The position numbers were made by a program, and so were the translations under genes. Positions 1-13,627 of a DNA stretch of 64,000 bases are shown here, piece by piece. The stretch comes from Eledone cirrhosa (Eukaryota): NCBI GenBank assembly GCA_964016885.1, contig OZ024740.1:368466001-368530000 (forward strand), in the 5' to 3' direction. The stretch's first letter is position 1. Each line of letters starts with the position of its first letter. The notes under the pieces were generated by a model that was not told the DNA's origin, made no database searches, and worked only from the letters and a program-made list of their open reading frames with translations.

Positions 1-1900
1 AAAACCTATTAGTAGAAAATAAAAAAGAATAAACACAATCAACAAACCAAAATCCGGCCAGCTAACAGCAATACAATTCGACAGCTCTAACACTGCTTGA
101 ATAAAAAAATATAATCTCCAACAAGGTACGAAAACTATAATCAATAATCACAAAGAACATTTGAGGAGGAATGGGCCAATCAGAGAATCAAACTCAATCC
201 CCAAATATTCTTTTCATTTGCGAAATAACACAAAGTCCCTGCCCCCATATTCGGCATGCTGAAGACAATTCTAAAGTCATGGATGCGATACTACACAAAC
301 GATATTCTGTTTTCAGCAATTCTGATAGGGCTGATCTAGGCTGTATCAGTGATTAATTCGCATCTGACATTAGGTTTTGCAGCAATGAAGGGAATTAAAC
401 ACTACTCAGCATTACGCCCGGATAGACTGTATAATCCAATTCTGAATGTGTTTCAAGGCCAGCTTGCTCCCCATCTATCTAATCTGAGGAGGAAGACACT
501 GGGTGCAAGTTATATATCTGAAAAACTTCTGCCTTAGTCTGTTGTCACAATTTTTAAAACGGGAAAGAAGTCCCTTGTAGTGAATTGCCGTCTGATCTCA
601 CTCATCTCTCATATCTTCAAAGTATTTGAGAGGGAGTTGTGAGAGAATAACTGACTTCTTTCAAAGCATCAATCTACTGAAATCCTGCCAGCATGGGTTC
701 CTTTATAGAAGGAAAATTGATGACATATTAAGATATTTCGGAGAGGGCTCCAACAATGATGTCGTACACGTTGATTTCAGCAAGGTCTTTGACATATTGG
801 ACCACCACATTCCAATGAAATCACTTTTCAGACCAGCATCGGCGTCTCTTGAATGTTACTGCAATAGACCAAGTGTTTGCTCAAAAACGGATCCCAGCAT
901 TCTGTATTCGAAGCAGTACCATCATGCCTAACGAACGTAGAGACGTACCACAAGGCACTGTATTGGAGCGACATATCTTCAGTATGATATGCATGACATT
1001 ATTAACGTCATCAAGCACACCAACATGAGAAGCATTGCAAAACATTCTAAGCTCCAGACGGTTATCAATGGATTGGGGAATCGTAGATGCCTTAAATCAA
1101 ATGTACTTGGGTGGAACAATATATGCTGCTGAACGAGGATCAATTTGGAAAAGTCGATGCACTGAAACTATCATATTCCCTTCCCTCGTGTAAATCTCTT
1201 GTGTCATCCAACAACATCGAAAACCTGGGAGTAATTGTTGATAACAAGATAAGCTGCGCTACTTATCTAAACAGTAAAGCTGGCGTGGCTCGCAGGATGT
1301 GTTCCTGGGTCCTTAGAAATTTCCAGTCGAGAGATATCCAGAACAATATACTTTTTTTCTCTGCATTTGCCCGGCACACCACCTAGAATACTGTTGTCAA
1401 CTGTGGTCTTCCTACACGAAAAGATTATGAAAACTGAAGCACTGCAAAAGCCAATCACAACAAGACAGACGACTTGACAGGCCTTGAAAATTGGGGTCGA
1501 CTAGAAAATCTCCCACTCTACTCTATCCAACGCCGCTTTGAGCGCTATATTATCTTCATGATGTAGTAAATAATCCATCAGCATTGCTCACATGACGCTG
1601 GCATCATCTTTGAATCACAGATAAGGCTTGGTGCCCCATGCTATCCGTCCATAACAAAAATATAACTCGCAACTCAACAAAATTACGGCACAATTATTTC
1701 ACCTCCAGTGGTCCCATACTATCTAACATTAATCCAAAACACACAAAATCAGAAACGAACCTCATATCCGTGTATATGAGGTTTGTTTCTGATATGTCCT
1801 CATATCCGGGGATATGAGCTTTGACCTCATATCCCCGGATATGACTCCATAAGCAAGAACAATCTATTTAAGTGGACCATGGTCTCCAAATCCCGATTTA
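1..1900 (+). mobile_element. Degenerate CR1-group LINE, 3' part of RT ORF (many stops and frameshifts)
   Basis: Fragments CQHGF, DVVHVDFSKVFDILDH, VPQGTVL, NLGVIVDNKIS, LEYCCQLWS and LYSIQRRFERYII occur in collinear order across frames. Confidence 0.8.
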
Positions 1901-2067
1901 AAAGACTTCACCAGGTAGTATTTATATATATGTGTGTATATCTATAACATTGATAAGATTTGATTGGTTTAGGCAAGTAGTAGACCATCGCCTGGTCTAA
2001 TACTGCCCGAAACAAAACAAAGTTATCAAAGTTATAATTATACACAAACATATATATATATATAAAT

Positions 2068-2166
<99 letters not shown>

Positions 2167-2480
2167 AAATATATATACTTATATATGAATATATATATAT
2201 GTATATATATATATAAACACACACACACATCCACACACACACAGACACACACAGACACACACACACAAGCACATATATATATATATATATATTAGAAAAA
2301 ATGGGGGTCGTTTCGTTTACATATCAAAAATATTTATTGCGTATCGGCCTATACATATATGCATGTACGTATACATACTTACATTTAAGTATCAGCCGTA
2401 CTAAGAGTCAGAAATGAAATTTCATTTTTTCCATATATATATATATATATATATGGAAAAAAAAATATATATATATATAT

Positions 2481-5400
2481 ATTTATTAAAATAACAGATT
2501 AAAGTTTAAGCAAAGAATCGCTGCTTTCACCCTTAACGGGATCTTCTGAAACTAACAAAGTCAATCTGTAAACGCAGAACTGGATATTTCAAAAAACGTT
2601 GCAACCGGAGGAAGACAGGAAGACGATACTTTGGTTCGTGAAAACGTTCGCTGGCAAAGAACGGGAAAAAACGAATAATACGTCATTAATAGGAGCGGTG
2701 AAAAACAATTACGCGCAAAGACAGAACCACGTTTATGGTATAAAAGAGGTCGTAGACTAATGTTCTCTTAGGTGGTGCATAGAGACGTTCTCTGGCAATG
2801 AATGAAAAAACGAAGATAATACGTCATATGTGGATCGTGGAGAACAATAGCACGCAAAGACAAAACCACGTAAATTGTATAGCAGAAGTCGTAAATGGTG
2901 AAAGCAGCGATTCTTTGCTTAAACTTTAATCTGTTATTTTAATAAATATTTGCTCTACGGGTCTTATATATTTGATATATATTTATCCTTATCGAGCCCT
3001 CTTTGGATTTTAGTCTTCAAATTTATTATTATTACTATTTGGCTCCCTCGGTTGAGCACTCTATTGACTTATATTCATCATGCAGAAACAACATCTGAAT
3101 ATTTCTACAAAGAACATACCCATACCAAGCAGGAAAACATACCTAAAACTCCTGATACAGAAAACAGACGCGTTCATTAAAAGGTTGTTTTGGCGTGCCT
3201 TTTATTCGATAATCCGCGAAAAGCAAACAACAAACAGGATAAATTTGGATTTAAAACCTATAATAACCCCCCGTGGATCCTAGCATTGCTACCCTTCGAA
3301 AATGATGTCTTGGAACTCATTCGGAGCATCACAATTCGGAATAGGAGCAATTCCTTCCAGCAAGACCTGAAGAATAGAATTCGTTCTATTAAGCATTCTA
3401 ACGCCGTGCACGTCCATTCCGACAAAACTGCCAACCTATATCAAGTGGAGCGCAGTACTTACCATCAACTACTACATAATGCTGTAACTAAGATTACCGT
3501 AAAATTAATCGGTGCATCATCAATGAAATCAACGATGCTGGGTTTAAAATCACATCTGATCTCAACATCCTGGACCGGACCGAACCTCTGGACACTATTT
3601 CTCTCCACTTTACCCTGAAGGATCTCAAATCCAATTTTCCTAACAACCCCTCTATTCGGCTTATAAAGCCTACGAAATCCGATTTAGCTTGACTTAGTAA
3701 AACGATTCTTGATAGAATTATACCTGAAATTAGAAGTTTGGCCCCTCTTGCACTGTGGAACAATTCTTTCGCCGTGATTGATTGGTTCAACGGCATATGT
3801 AACAAGGAACATTGCCGTTTTATCCAATTCGACATGAACACTTACTACTCCTCCATCACTTTACCATTTCTCCTTAGAGCTATCAATTTCACTAAAACGC
3901 TCACAGTGGTTAAGGATTTTGAAGTCGATGTCATCCTCAATGCCCGAAAGTCGGTGATTAATTTCGACGACTCTATTTGGATAAAAAAATCCAATAGTAC
4001 CCCATTCGACGTGAGTATTGGCGCCAGTGACTCTGCGGAGGTTACTGATCTTATTGGCCTTTTCCTTCTTTTCTCTATCAAGGACGAATTTCCCAACGCG
4101 GGCGGTGGTTTGTACCGTGACGATGGTCTTTTAACCATGACTAAGTGCGCACCTCGTACTTGCGACAGGTTCAGAAAAGAACACACAGCCTTCTTTAAAG
4201 GCTTCAATCTTTCTATACAGGTTGAGGCCAATCTCTCGGTCGATAATTACCTCGACGTTACCCTCAATTTATTGAATGGGTTGTATTACCCGTATAGAAA
4301 GCCGAATGATACGCTTAATTACATAAGTAAGCATTCCAACCATCCTGCCAGCATAACCAAGAACCTGGTAAGAAACGTTTCGTTGAGGCTTTCCCGTCTT
4401 TCCACCAATGAGCGTATTTTCAACGACCATTCCACTTATTACAATGAAGTTCTTGCTCGTAGTGGATTTGTTGATAAGGTAGCTTATACTGAGTACGAAA
4501 ATAGACCTAGAAGAAATAGATCCCGTCGCATTTGTTGGTATAACCCACCATATAATATGGAGGTGGCCACACCATTAGCTAACATCTTTCTTTCCCTTAT
4601 TACGAAGCATTTTCCCCCTACACATAAATATAGTAACATTTTTAATAGAAATACTATTAAAATTTCTTACTCTACGACTCGTAACCTTGCACATTACATC
4701 ACAGCTTCAAATTTAGCTAAACTACCTAGCCGTAGGAACACGTGCAACCCTGTAGTTAGTACTAACTGTAATTGTAGGAATCGGGCTGATTGCCCCATAT
4801 CCGGGAAATGCCTCTCTAGTAACATTGTCTACAAATGTAAGGTTGTAACACCCACGTCCCGTAGGGCCTACATAGGGTTAACCGCCAATAGTTTCAAGCA
4901 GTGCCTTTACATGCATACCCATTCTTTTCGTTACCCTCTAAGAAGGAATGTGACGTCACTTTCAGCTTACATCTGGAGTCTAAAAGACAACCACACCCAA
5001 TATAAGTTGCACTGGGAGATCCTAGCTAGGGCTAGATCGTATACCGGAAATAAAATACCATGTGACCTCTGCGCCGCTGAGGCCCTGGAAATACTCTACG
5101 CCACAGACCACATCTTAAACAAAAAATCTGAGGCAATTTCGGCTTGTAAACATAAATTGCACAAAACCTTCCTGTATTACAGCCCCGCGTTATACCCTAA
5201 CGGATAGTACGATCTATACGTGGATATTTTACGTCTTGATGTGGGAGCTAAGTATATGTTTTGTTTATTCCTTTACTTATTTGCATAGGTAAGTATGTAT
5301 TACCCGTTTGTTTTGTGAAGGTACGTATACCTTCTCGTACGTATATTTGATTGTTCGGCGTATAATTTTATATATTCTGGTACATAGGGTTTGGCTATGT

Positions 5401-6297
5401 GTATACGGGAGTTTTGCGTCTGTGTGAGTATGCGGGTTCGTACGTATGGTGGGTGTGTGTATACGTGTACTTCTTGTTTTAGTTGACTTACGTCTCTGAA
5501 GATTCGTGTATTTATATGTAGGTATGTGTGTGTGCACGTTATATACGTATTTATTTATTTATATACGTTTATATAATTATTTATTTATTTGTATACACGC
5601 ATACACACATACACATATTTATATGTGCGTGGTTTTGTTTACCTATGGTAAGATTTTGCGTATGCTTGTGTATGTACGTATTTGTTTGCGTGTATGTATT
5701 TATTTATTTCTATTACTTCTGTATTGTATTTATTTACTTGTTCTTAACTCTGTAGCGGAGATTCATTTGGTCTCCTAGTTAGAATTTTAGTCTACGACTT
5801 CTGCTATACCATTTACGTGGTTTTGTCTTTGCGTGCTATTGTTCTCCACGCTCCACATATGACGCATTATCTTCGTTTTTTCGTTCATTGCCAGAGAACG
5901 TCTCTATGCACCATCTAAGAGAACATTAGTCTACGACCTCTTTTATACCATAAAGGTGGTTCTGTCTTTGCGCGTAATTGTTTTTCACCGCTCCTATTAA
6001 TGACGTATTATTCTTTTTTACTCGTTCTTTGCCAGCGAACGTTTCCACGAACCAAAGTATCGTCTTCCTGTTTTCCTCCGGTTGCAACGTTTTTTGAAAT
6101 ATCCAGTTCTGCGTTTACATATTGACTTTGTTAGATTCAGAAGATCCCGTTAAGGGTGAAAGCAGCGATTCTTTGCTTAAACTTTAATCTGTTATTTTAA
6201 TAAATATTTGCTCTACGGTTCTTATATATTTGATATATATTTATCCTTATCAAGCCCTCTTTGGATTTTAGTCTTCAAATTTATTATTATTACTATA
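2481..6297 (+). mobile_element. Structurally complete Penelope-like element (Naiad-like): inverted pLTR + partial direct pLTR + RT/GIY-YIG ORF + 3' pLTR, flanked by (TA)n
   Basis: 2481-2893 is the reverse complement of ~5793-6206. 2897-3037 is a direct copy of ~6155-6296. The ORF lies between them and TA tracts flank both ends. Confidence 0.92.
3080..5207 (+). pseudogene. PLE polyprotein (RT + Cys-rich linker + GIY-YIG endonuclease), disrupted by ~3 frameshifts and one stop in the N-terminal part; 3738-5207 is open
   Basis: N-terminal STKNIPIPS..FIKRLFWRAF, then DKTANLY, FIQFD, IGASDSAEV, GLYRDD, NYLDVTLNL, SNHP, WYNPPY, CNCRNRADCPISGKCL, IVY..YIG and C-terminal CDLC..LNKKSE..CKH. Confidence 0.92.
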
Positions 6298-6315
6298 TAT
6301 ATATATATATATATA

Positions 6316-6561
6316 TATGAAAGACGTACAATTAGAAAATTATATAAATTAACTTACTTACTAAAATTTCATTCCAACTAATTAGTTGGAGTGAAATTTT
6401 AGTAAGTAAGTTATTTTTTTATCATTTTCTTATTTTACGTCTTTCATATAATTATTCTGCACCTCCTTGAATTGAACCACAAAATTACTAAGACAAAACC
6501 TATATATTTGCTTGCATAGGTATGCATCTGTATATATATGTTGGTAGATATATTAATTCTT

Positions 6562-6565
<4 letters not shown>
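6316..6565 (+). mobile_element. Solo PLE pLTR with fold-back palindrome (same family as 31880-32630)
   Basis: 6316-6450 is an imperfect palindrome centred at 6381/6382. 6382-6565 matches ~32450-32630. Confidence 0.8.
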
Positions 6566-6640
<75 letters not shown>

Positions 6641-6839
6641 TTAAGGATACTATTTATGGTTATGTATCTACTAAAACCTTTTATAGTTATATATATTTTA
6701 TACCCTAAATAGTGAAAGACAGTAATTTATTACTATCGTATTACCAGTAAGTTAAATAGCTCAATGTAACAACATCAGTTGTTTTACAGAGCAGTTATAT
6801 AGAGATTACATGAAACAAAGTTCTGTTTAAATCATTTAT

Positions 6840-6887
6840 TTGCTTACAATTGTTTCTTCCAAACCGAGGTTTGGTACTTCGGAGCAA
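6840..6887 (-). ncRNA. Type-I hammerhead ribozyme motif (CCGA core; A9 mutated in this copy)
   Basis: ttgct-CCGAAGT-a-ccaaacc/tc/ggtttgg-aa-GAAA-caattg-TA-agcaa. Stem I is 5 bp and stem III is the palindrome ACAATTGT. Confidence 0.7.
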
Positions 6888-8953
6888 TTATTCAGTGATT
6901 TTTAACATACTTGACCTCCTTATCAACACAAGAGACATATAGAAACATATGTATATATTGACCCACAGTGTTTTGTAATCCATTATAATAATATAGCATG
7001 GTAATTTACATACAAAGATTACAGTCATATTAAAGGACAAAATTAAAGTTAAAATTAAAATTAAAATTAAAACATTGGCAGTCTACTAAGATAAAGCAAG
7101 AGGAAAGTTTGGAGTAGCCATTGTATGTAACAGTCACACGTGTGGCATGCCCGCGTGTCCTATTTATACAAGATTATAATGCGGCAGATTGTTACAAGTA
7201 AAACAAGCAGTCAAAGCAGGCAATCAAGAGCATCATGGGGACTGTACTTGTAAAGCATTATTCACACACACCTGTACGATATAGAAGCCCGTGTGTGGAG
7301 AAACACCAAAAATATCAAAAATATTACAAATGAGAAGCAAAGCAGCACCACTGTCCTCGTACACACCACCACTCTCACAATCCAGGAAACGCAATTTATA
7401 GACTACCTGTCCATCTCAAAATCCACGATGATTCAACATTGGGTGCCTGGTGAACCATGCTAGAACATCACAGCTTGTAGTTCATTAATTCGATTCTATA
7501 GAGTAGGTTGTTTTTGTTGTGAGAGATGACATCGTATTATACTCCGGAAGTGTGTTTGTGATTAAGAGGAGTTAATGCTTAAGGGGAGGTAACTAGCTGA
7601 TTTCTATAGCTAAATTTATTGTCCTAAAGTACATTAATGATATCTCAAATGAATTCCTATCATATAAGGTTATAAACAATTTCTAAATTTAAGTATCTTA
7701 TCTATAAATTACAGTGTAGTCTATCAAGAAATAGTAAAGGTGTTCATATTAGGATGATTACCTTCTATCATAGAGTGCCCTCTCCCCGAATATTCCATAT
7801 GAAGAGCCAGACCTCCAAATCAATGATCTCTGTAAGTGTAGTCCACCCGCAGAACCTGGCAGGGTCTTATTAGAATCACTTCTATATATGACTCCTGGTA
7901 AGCTCTGGGTCATTGCATGTCTGATTGCATGGCAAAGTTAAATATCACTAGGGTAGTCCAGAGATCAATTCTCACTTACAAAGACACTAATCTGACCATC
8001 AAGCCATATATGTATTTATAACTCATACATCACCTGTACATAATTCATTGCACTCAGCATATAGATTATATAGCTATTTTATGTTAATAAATTAATCATT
8101 TAATCTTCCATTTATCCAATGATGGCACTACACACACAGGACCATGTTAGCACAACCAATACCGTGCTTAAAGTTTACATTGGTGTAACGTAGTCCAAGT
8201 AATTGAAGGCCAATATACCAAAAGTAGAAGTACACGGGGATATCTCTAGGGTAAAAGATACTAGGAGGATGTCACTATTTGCGCTAAAGTGGATTAATGG
8301 GTGTGGAGATGAGGTGTAAGGTGTGCCCCTGATGATTGCTGCTAGAGGTGGTGACGGGTTCAAGTCTGACATTGTTATATATTGGGTTTAAAGTTTTGGA
8401 AGGAGTGTCGGAAGCGGTGTTGGCAAGACGCGAACATTTCTGATTTTTTATTAAGGAGGTTATGGTTTGAGAAGATGATAGTATGGGTCTCTAGTAGACA
8501 GAGGTTACAAAATGTATTAGGTGGTTTGTACGATGTCGCGTTACCTATCATTTCCCATTTAAGTGTATATGGTTTATTTTTAGTTTTTAGATAGTGTATG
8601 TAGCTAGATAGTGAAGTGGAGTTGGCTAGACTGTGTTTTTTTTTAAAGAGTGGGGGTGCGAATTGTATCTGGTTTTGAAGCAGTTTGAAGTAGAGCCTAT
8701 ATAGGTTTCAGAAGAGTTGCTAGTTGTGACTGTGCATGAGTATATGATATCTTAGTAGATTGCCAATGTTTTAATTTTAATTTTAATTTTAACTTTAATT
8801 TTGTCCTTTAATATGACTTTAATCTTTGTATGTAAATTACCATGCTATATTATTATAATGGATGTCAACCCACTGTGGGTCAATATATACATATGTTTCT
8901 ATATGTCTCTTGTATTGATAAGGAGGTCAAGTATGTTAAAAATCACTGAATAA

Positions 8954-9001
8954 TTGCTCCGAAGATCTAAACCTCGGTTTGGAAGAAACAATTTTAAGCA
9001 A
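8954..9001 (+). ncRNA. Type-I hammerhead ribozyme motif, inverted copy of 6840-6887 (stem III has one substitution)
   Basis: ttgct-CCGAAGA-tctaaacc/tc/ggtttgga-a-GAAA-caattt-TA-agcaa. Confidence 0.7.
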
Positions 9002-10022
9002 ATAAATTATTTAAACAGAACTTTGTTTCATGTAATCTCTCTCTCTATATATATATATATTTACATATATTAAATTGGTGAAACTGCATGTTTTTAAGTC
9101 TTTTTGCATGCGCAGTCATATAGACATTAGATGTACGATGAAAATTACAAGCGAAGTGCCTGTTTGACAAAAAGTGATAAATTGAGATTGAAGGAGTTGG
9201 GAATTTCAGAACGCCCGTGCCCCTATGGACAGGGGTATACTTAATGGGTGGTTTCTTGGTGGGACTGTTTGGTGATGCTCCGTTCAAGGATGAGCTGCAG
9301 AGCGAATTTCAGGGCTGGGTCGTTCGACGCGGCGGATGAAGTTTAGTGTGGTTCATTAGCCGCTGGGACCATGCGTTAATGTGAGGTTGAAATATGATTT
9401 CTCTATGCAGTTGGGTTTTTAGCTCCCTCCCTCTCTCTCTCGCTATCACCCCACTCTCTCTTTCTTTCTAAATATCTATTTACCTTATCCCATTGAATCT
9501 CCTCGAATAGAATATTTGTAAACTCACCTAACCTGCTTGGTGAATAGAATGCATGTTGCCCATCATGCGGAAAGATATATGCTATCCCGTATTGTTTGAA
9601 CATTCAGGAGATGATGAAACATTTACGTGAGGCCTACAATGTAAATATTATCAAGCTAAATTGCTTTCGTTTTCCTTGCTTGATTAGCAGATTCAAATGA
9701 TTAAAGAAGGACGGATGTATCCTATCACAAATACGTTTGGTGCTAAACTATTTCGATATCAATGTATATTAATGCGTTTTTCTTAGGGTATGTCAGCTCT
9801 AGGTTTCGGTGAGACTTTGATATTGTTGTGCTAGTAAGGATAGTAAAATCATAAGCAATTATTTATGACATTTGTGTAGACATGGGAGAAGCAGAGATAG
9901 GGATAACCAGGATTCCAGATTTGATCGTGGAACTGATCAGACTTGAAGTATATGATTTACTTTCCCTGATATAAATACTTACTGGTACACACACGGACTC
10001 CCACTCATATATATATATACAC

Positions 10023-10092
<70 letters not shown>

Positions 10093-10112
<20 letters not shown>

Positions 10113-10422
10113 CATTGCTCCTATTAATGACGTATTATATTCGTTTTTTCCCGTTCTTTGCCAGGGAACGTTTCCACGAACCAAAGTATCGTCTTCCTGT
10201 CTTCCTCCGGTTGCAACGTTTTTTTGAAATATCCACTTCTGCGTTTACAGATTGACTTTGTTAGTTTCAGAAGATCCCGTTAAGGGTGAAAGCAGCGATT
10301 CTTGCTTAAACTTTAATCTGTTATTTTAATAAATATTTGCTCGACGGTTCTTATATATTTGATATATATTTATCCTTATCCAGCCCTCTTTAGATTTTAG
10401 TCTTCAAATTTATTATTATTAC

Positions 10423-10425
<3 letters not shown>
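10093..10425 (+). mobile_element. Solo pLTR of the 2481-6297 PLE family in (TA)n; further fragments at ~22336-22422 (-) and ~36787-36925
   Basis: Near-identical to ~5985-6297. Confidence 0.88.
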
Positions 10426-10480
<55 letters not shown>

Positions 10481-11444
10481 TAGAGAGAGAGAGAGAGAAG
10501 GAGAGAGAGAGATTCTGCGTGAAAGGGAGTGAGTGAGCGAGAGAAAGTAGTTTCCAACGAAATCCTCCCAAAATCGGATCCATTTGAACAAACGGAACGT
10601 TAATATCCCGACATCCTACATGCCGATCTTAATTGATATTCTGCAATAATTAATACATTTATTGACATATCAATCCTAATCGAGATTGTATAGAACAATT
10701 ACGTAAACCATTCATCAAGTGCAGACTAATCTGATAAATAAATTTGCGAATAAAGATTGCTGATATTATCACTTGATGTATATTTATGAACTGTCCGTTG
10801 ATTGGTTTATCTATTAATCTTGCCATTTACTACGATGAAGTAAATAATGACTTCTTAACTTCTATTTAGTGCATGATAACGTTATGAAAGTTATTAATGT
10901 ATGTGTAATACGACACGCTCGGTTAAGCTGCGTATAGTTAGCTATTGAGTTTCTGAGCTTCATCAACAATGAAAGGCAATGTGAAGAGTTGCGTATACGA
11001 CTGATTGTTGTAGTAATTAGTTGCAGCTATTGAGTTATCAGTTGTGACATTATATCTCTGAGCGATTAGAAGACATTTAACGCAAAAGAACCATTTTGTT
11101 ATTCAATGTCAAATCTTAAGCGCTCTATTAACTAATGTAAATTGTGTGTCGATATTTGAAAGCAGTTACGTTGCATATCCGTTTCATTGTAACAGTATTT
11201 ATCCAGACATAAAAGAAATTGATTTTCATATGTTGGTGTTTGGTAACGTAAACTTATATGAATGCCAAAACGCACAAGGGAAACTTATACAGACACACAT
11301 ACTTGTGTGTTCTTAAGATCAAATTATTCACTCGTGCAGCAGAAATATTTTAGAGATATTGAGGGGTTGGTTGAATTGACATTAATCGCAGGAAATATCA
11401 AGGGATGATGATATTATTAGGTCTAAACAACAAGCTATTATGTC

Positions 11445-11445
11445 G

Positions 11446-11492
<47 letters not shown>

Positions 11493-12300
11493 GTTTAACG
11501 TCCATCTTCCACGCTTGCATGGGTTTAGACGGGAGTTTTCCCACTTGAGGCAAGATTGGTTGTCTTGCTCGTATAGAACTGTCTGGCGGGTTTTCTACGG
11601 CTGGATGCCCTTCCTAAAACCAAACACCTTTACAGTGTGGACTGGGAGGTTTTTACCGTGTTACCGGCCACATTACAGCGTGGACTATGTGTTTTTTTTT
11701 GTCGTGACACCTACACGACCTCATTTGTTTCGGACTGGATGTTGTGGTACCAATATAACTTCACATTGAAGGGGGGGGGGGTAGTGGGACGGGGGTGTAT
11801 TTTTGTTAGAGGTGCCTACTGACTGTAGGTTTCGCTTTGTACTTAGGCAAGGCGGGTCTTCTGTATTACTGTGTAGACCCAAAGATCTCGGTCCAGTGAC
11901 ATTGTCTTTGAGAGGTGTAAGTGTGTGAGGTCGGAATTTATCAAGCCTTCCGTGGCTACTATCTATTTTTATCGCCCTGCACTTTTTTATACAGCTGTCG
12001 TCTTTTATGCGCATCACGTGACCGTACCAACGTAGTCTTCTCTCGAGTAAACAACATGTGATCCCTCTTATTCCTAATTTCTCCCTCAGTTCGTTTATGC
12101 TTTGCCGTTCACGAATATTACTATTACACATCCAGCGGAGCATGCAAGCTTCGTTTCTCTCCAGTCTGCGTATATCCTCTGCACACAATGCCCAGCTCTC
12201 ATTGCCATGTAACATTGCTGTTCGTATGCAGGCATCATACAGCCTGCCTTTCATTTTTAGAGAGAACCCTTTAGCGGCCAATAGTACGGATTTCCCACAC
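11445..12300 (-). mobile_element. RTE-clade LINE 3' end with (GAT)n tail
   Basis: KGRLYDACIRTAMLHGNESW..LRWMC..ERRLRWYGHVMR, followed by a 3' UTR ending in a trinucleotide repeat at 11445-11492. Confidence 0.85.
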
Positions 12301-12325
12301 CTTTATTTTATAAATATACACAAAG

Positions 12326-12441
<116 letters not shown>

Positions 12442-13016
12442 TGTGTGTGTGTTTGTGTGTGAACATGTATGCATGTATGTGTATATAGATTTTTAGTTTT
12501 TGGCTAAGCCAGATGTAAATTCACAGAAACATCGCGTTATGAGGATGTTTTCTTGCAAAAAGAATTCGAATATTATTATTATTATTCATATAGACACCTT
12601 ATCAATATATTTATGTAACGCTCGGTGTGCAAATAAGGTTAATCATCCGATGTATATTTTAGAAAATAGTATATTTTTTTAACAGTTCAATGTTATGGTA
12701 GAGAGGTACACAGTTTTGTCAAAGGGGTATATGCCAGAAAACATGTTGGATATCACAGCTTATCGATATCACAGCTTGAACGAACGGATGAAGATAGTCA
12801 TCATAAAACATATCTGGCTGAGTCTGTTTGTTTGCAAACGAATCCAATGTTGTTATCATTATTCGATATAAAACTCATAAATACAGTTACGTAACACGCT
12901 AAGTTAAAGTGAGAAATCAAATTGTAACATTGTTTATACATATATGTTTATATATACATTAAGCTTATATAAGTGTAATAATATAATACCATACTTGAAA
13001 GTAAAATACCACTTAC

Positions 13017-13223
13017 CGTTACACCAACAAAATTTGTCGAATTTAGCGCTGCCGTAACTTCCTCCCGCGTAAATACTAAAGGCGTGTGCCGCCGTTTCCG
13101 CTTTCTCGCTAGTCGATCAAATGCCTTTGCAATCACCCAGATCCCGTCAAATGCATAACCATGGAATTTGCTATATTCATTTCCACGCTTCTTGTTGTAT
13201 TTGTCTAAGTATGTCGCTGGCGT
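13017..13223 (-). CDS. GABBR2: GABA-B receptor subunit 2-like, internal exon (69 aa, Venus flytrap domain)
   Basis: ttcag acceptor and gtaagt donor, phase 0. Translates to TPATYLDKYNKKRGNEYSKFHGYAFDGIWVIAKAFD...ALNSTNFVGVT, matching GABA-B R2 SKFHGYAYDGIWVIAK and NxTNFxGVT. Confidence 0.92.
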
Positions 13224-13627
13224 CTGAATAAATACATGAATAAACCACCATTATTTTTTACTTATATATCAAACTTTCAATGAAAACAATGAGAAAGAGA
13301 ACATTTATGAGCTGTCTTCGAATGCAAAGGAAACAACAAAGCAAAGGACACTACAATGGAGAAATATAATAGCTTAACACTCCAGGTATGAAAACATATT
13401 TACATTTCGGATATTAATCCTTCATCAGGTAACAATAAAATATTAATTATGGAAGGAACGGAATATGACATGTAGAACCAAGCTAGTTTGTTTTATATGT
13501 GCATTTCTGCTCTGTAATATATCTGATATTTTGCATTGGAATACTTTTCTTACTGATTATTGGGTAATACAAAATATGACCCTTACTTATTTATAATTCT
13601 TTATGAATTATATATATATAAGTCTAA

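Larger units (their letters stand above)
6640..9040 (-). mobile_element. 5'-truncated PLE: GIY-YIG C-terminus, long 3' UTR, pLTR and inverted 5' pLTR
   Basis: Minus strand ~8376-8755 translates (one frameshift) to DIIYSCTV..TYIGSTSNCFKTRYNSH..WEMIG..FCNLC..LLNKKSE..CQH. ~6803-7085 is the reverse complement of ~8757-9040. Confidence 0.88.

Noticed and set aside
3689-3693. In-frame TGA in the PLE ORF as possible selenocysteine
   Set aside because: It aligns with Arg in the sister element (DIGRISK vs DLA*LSK), so a CGA>TGA decay mutation is the simpler explanation. The ORF also has frameshifts.
9060-9360. Minus-strand segment resembling a PLE N-terminus (LNFIRRV)
   Set aside because: Too degenerate to call confidently by eye.
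13395-13432. Minus-strand CTGATGA-agga/ttaata/tcc-GAAA hammerhead-like motif
   Set aside because: Core and stem II are present but there is no convincing stem I, stem III or cleavage triplet. Probably a decayed copy, so not counted.
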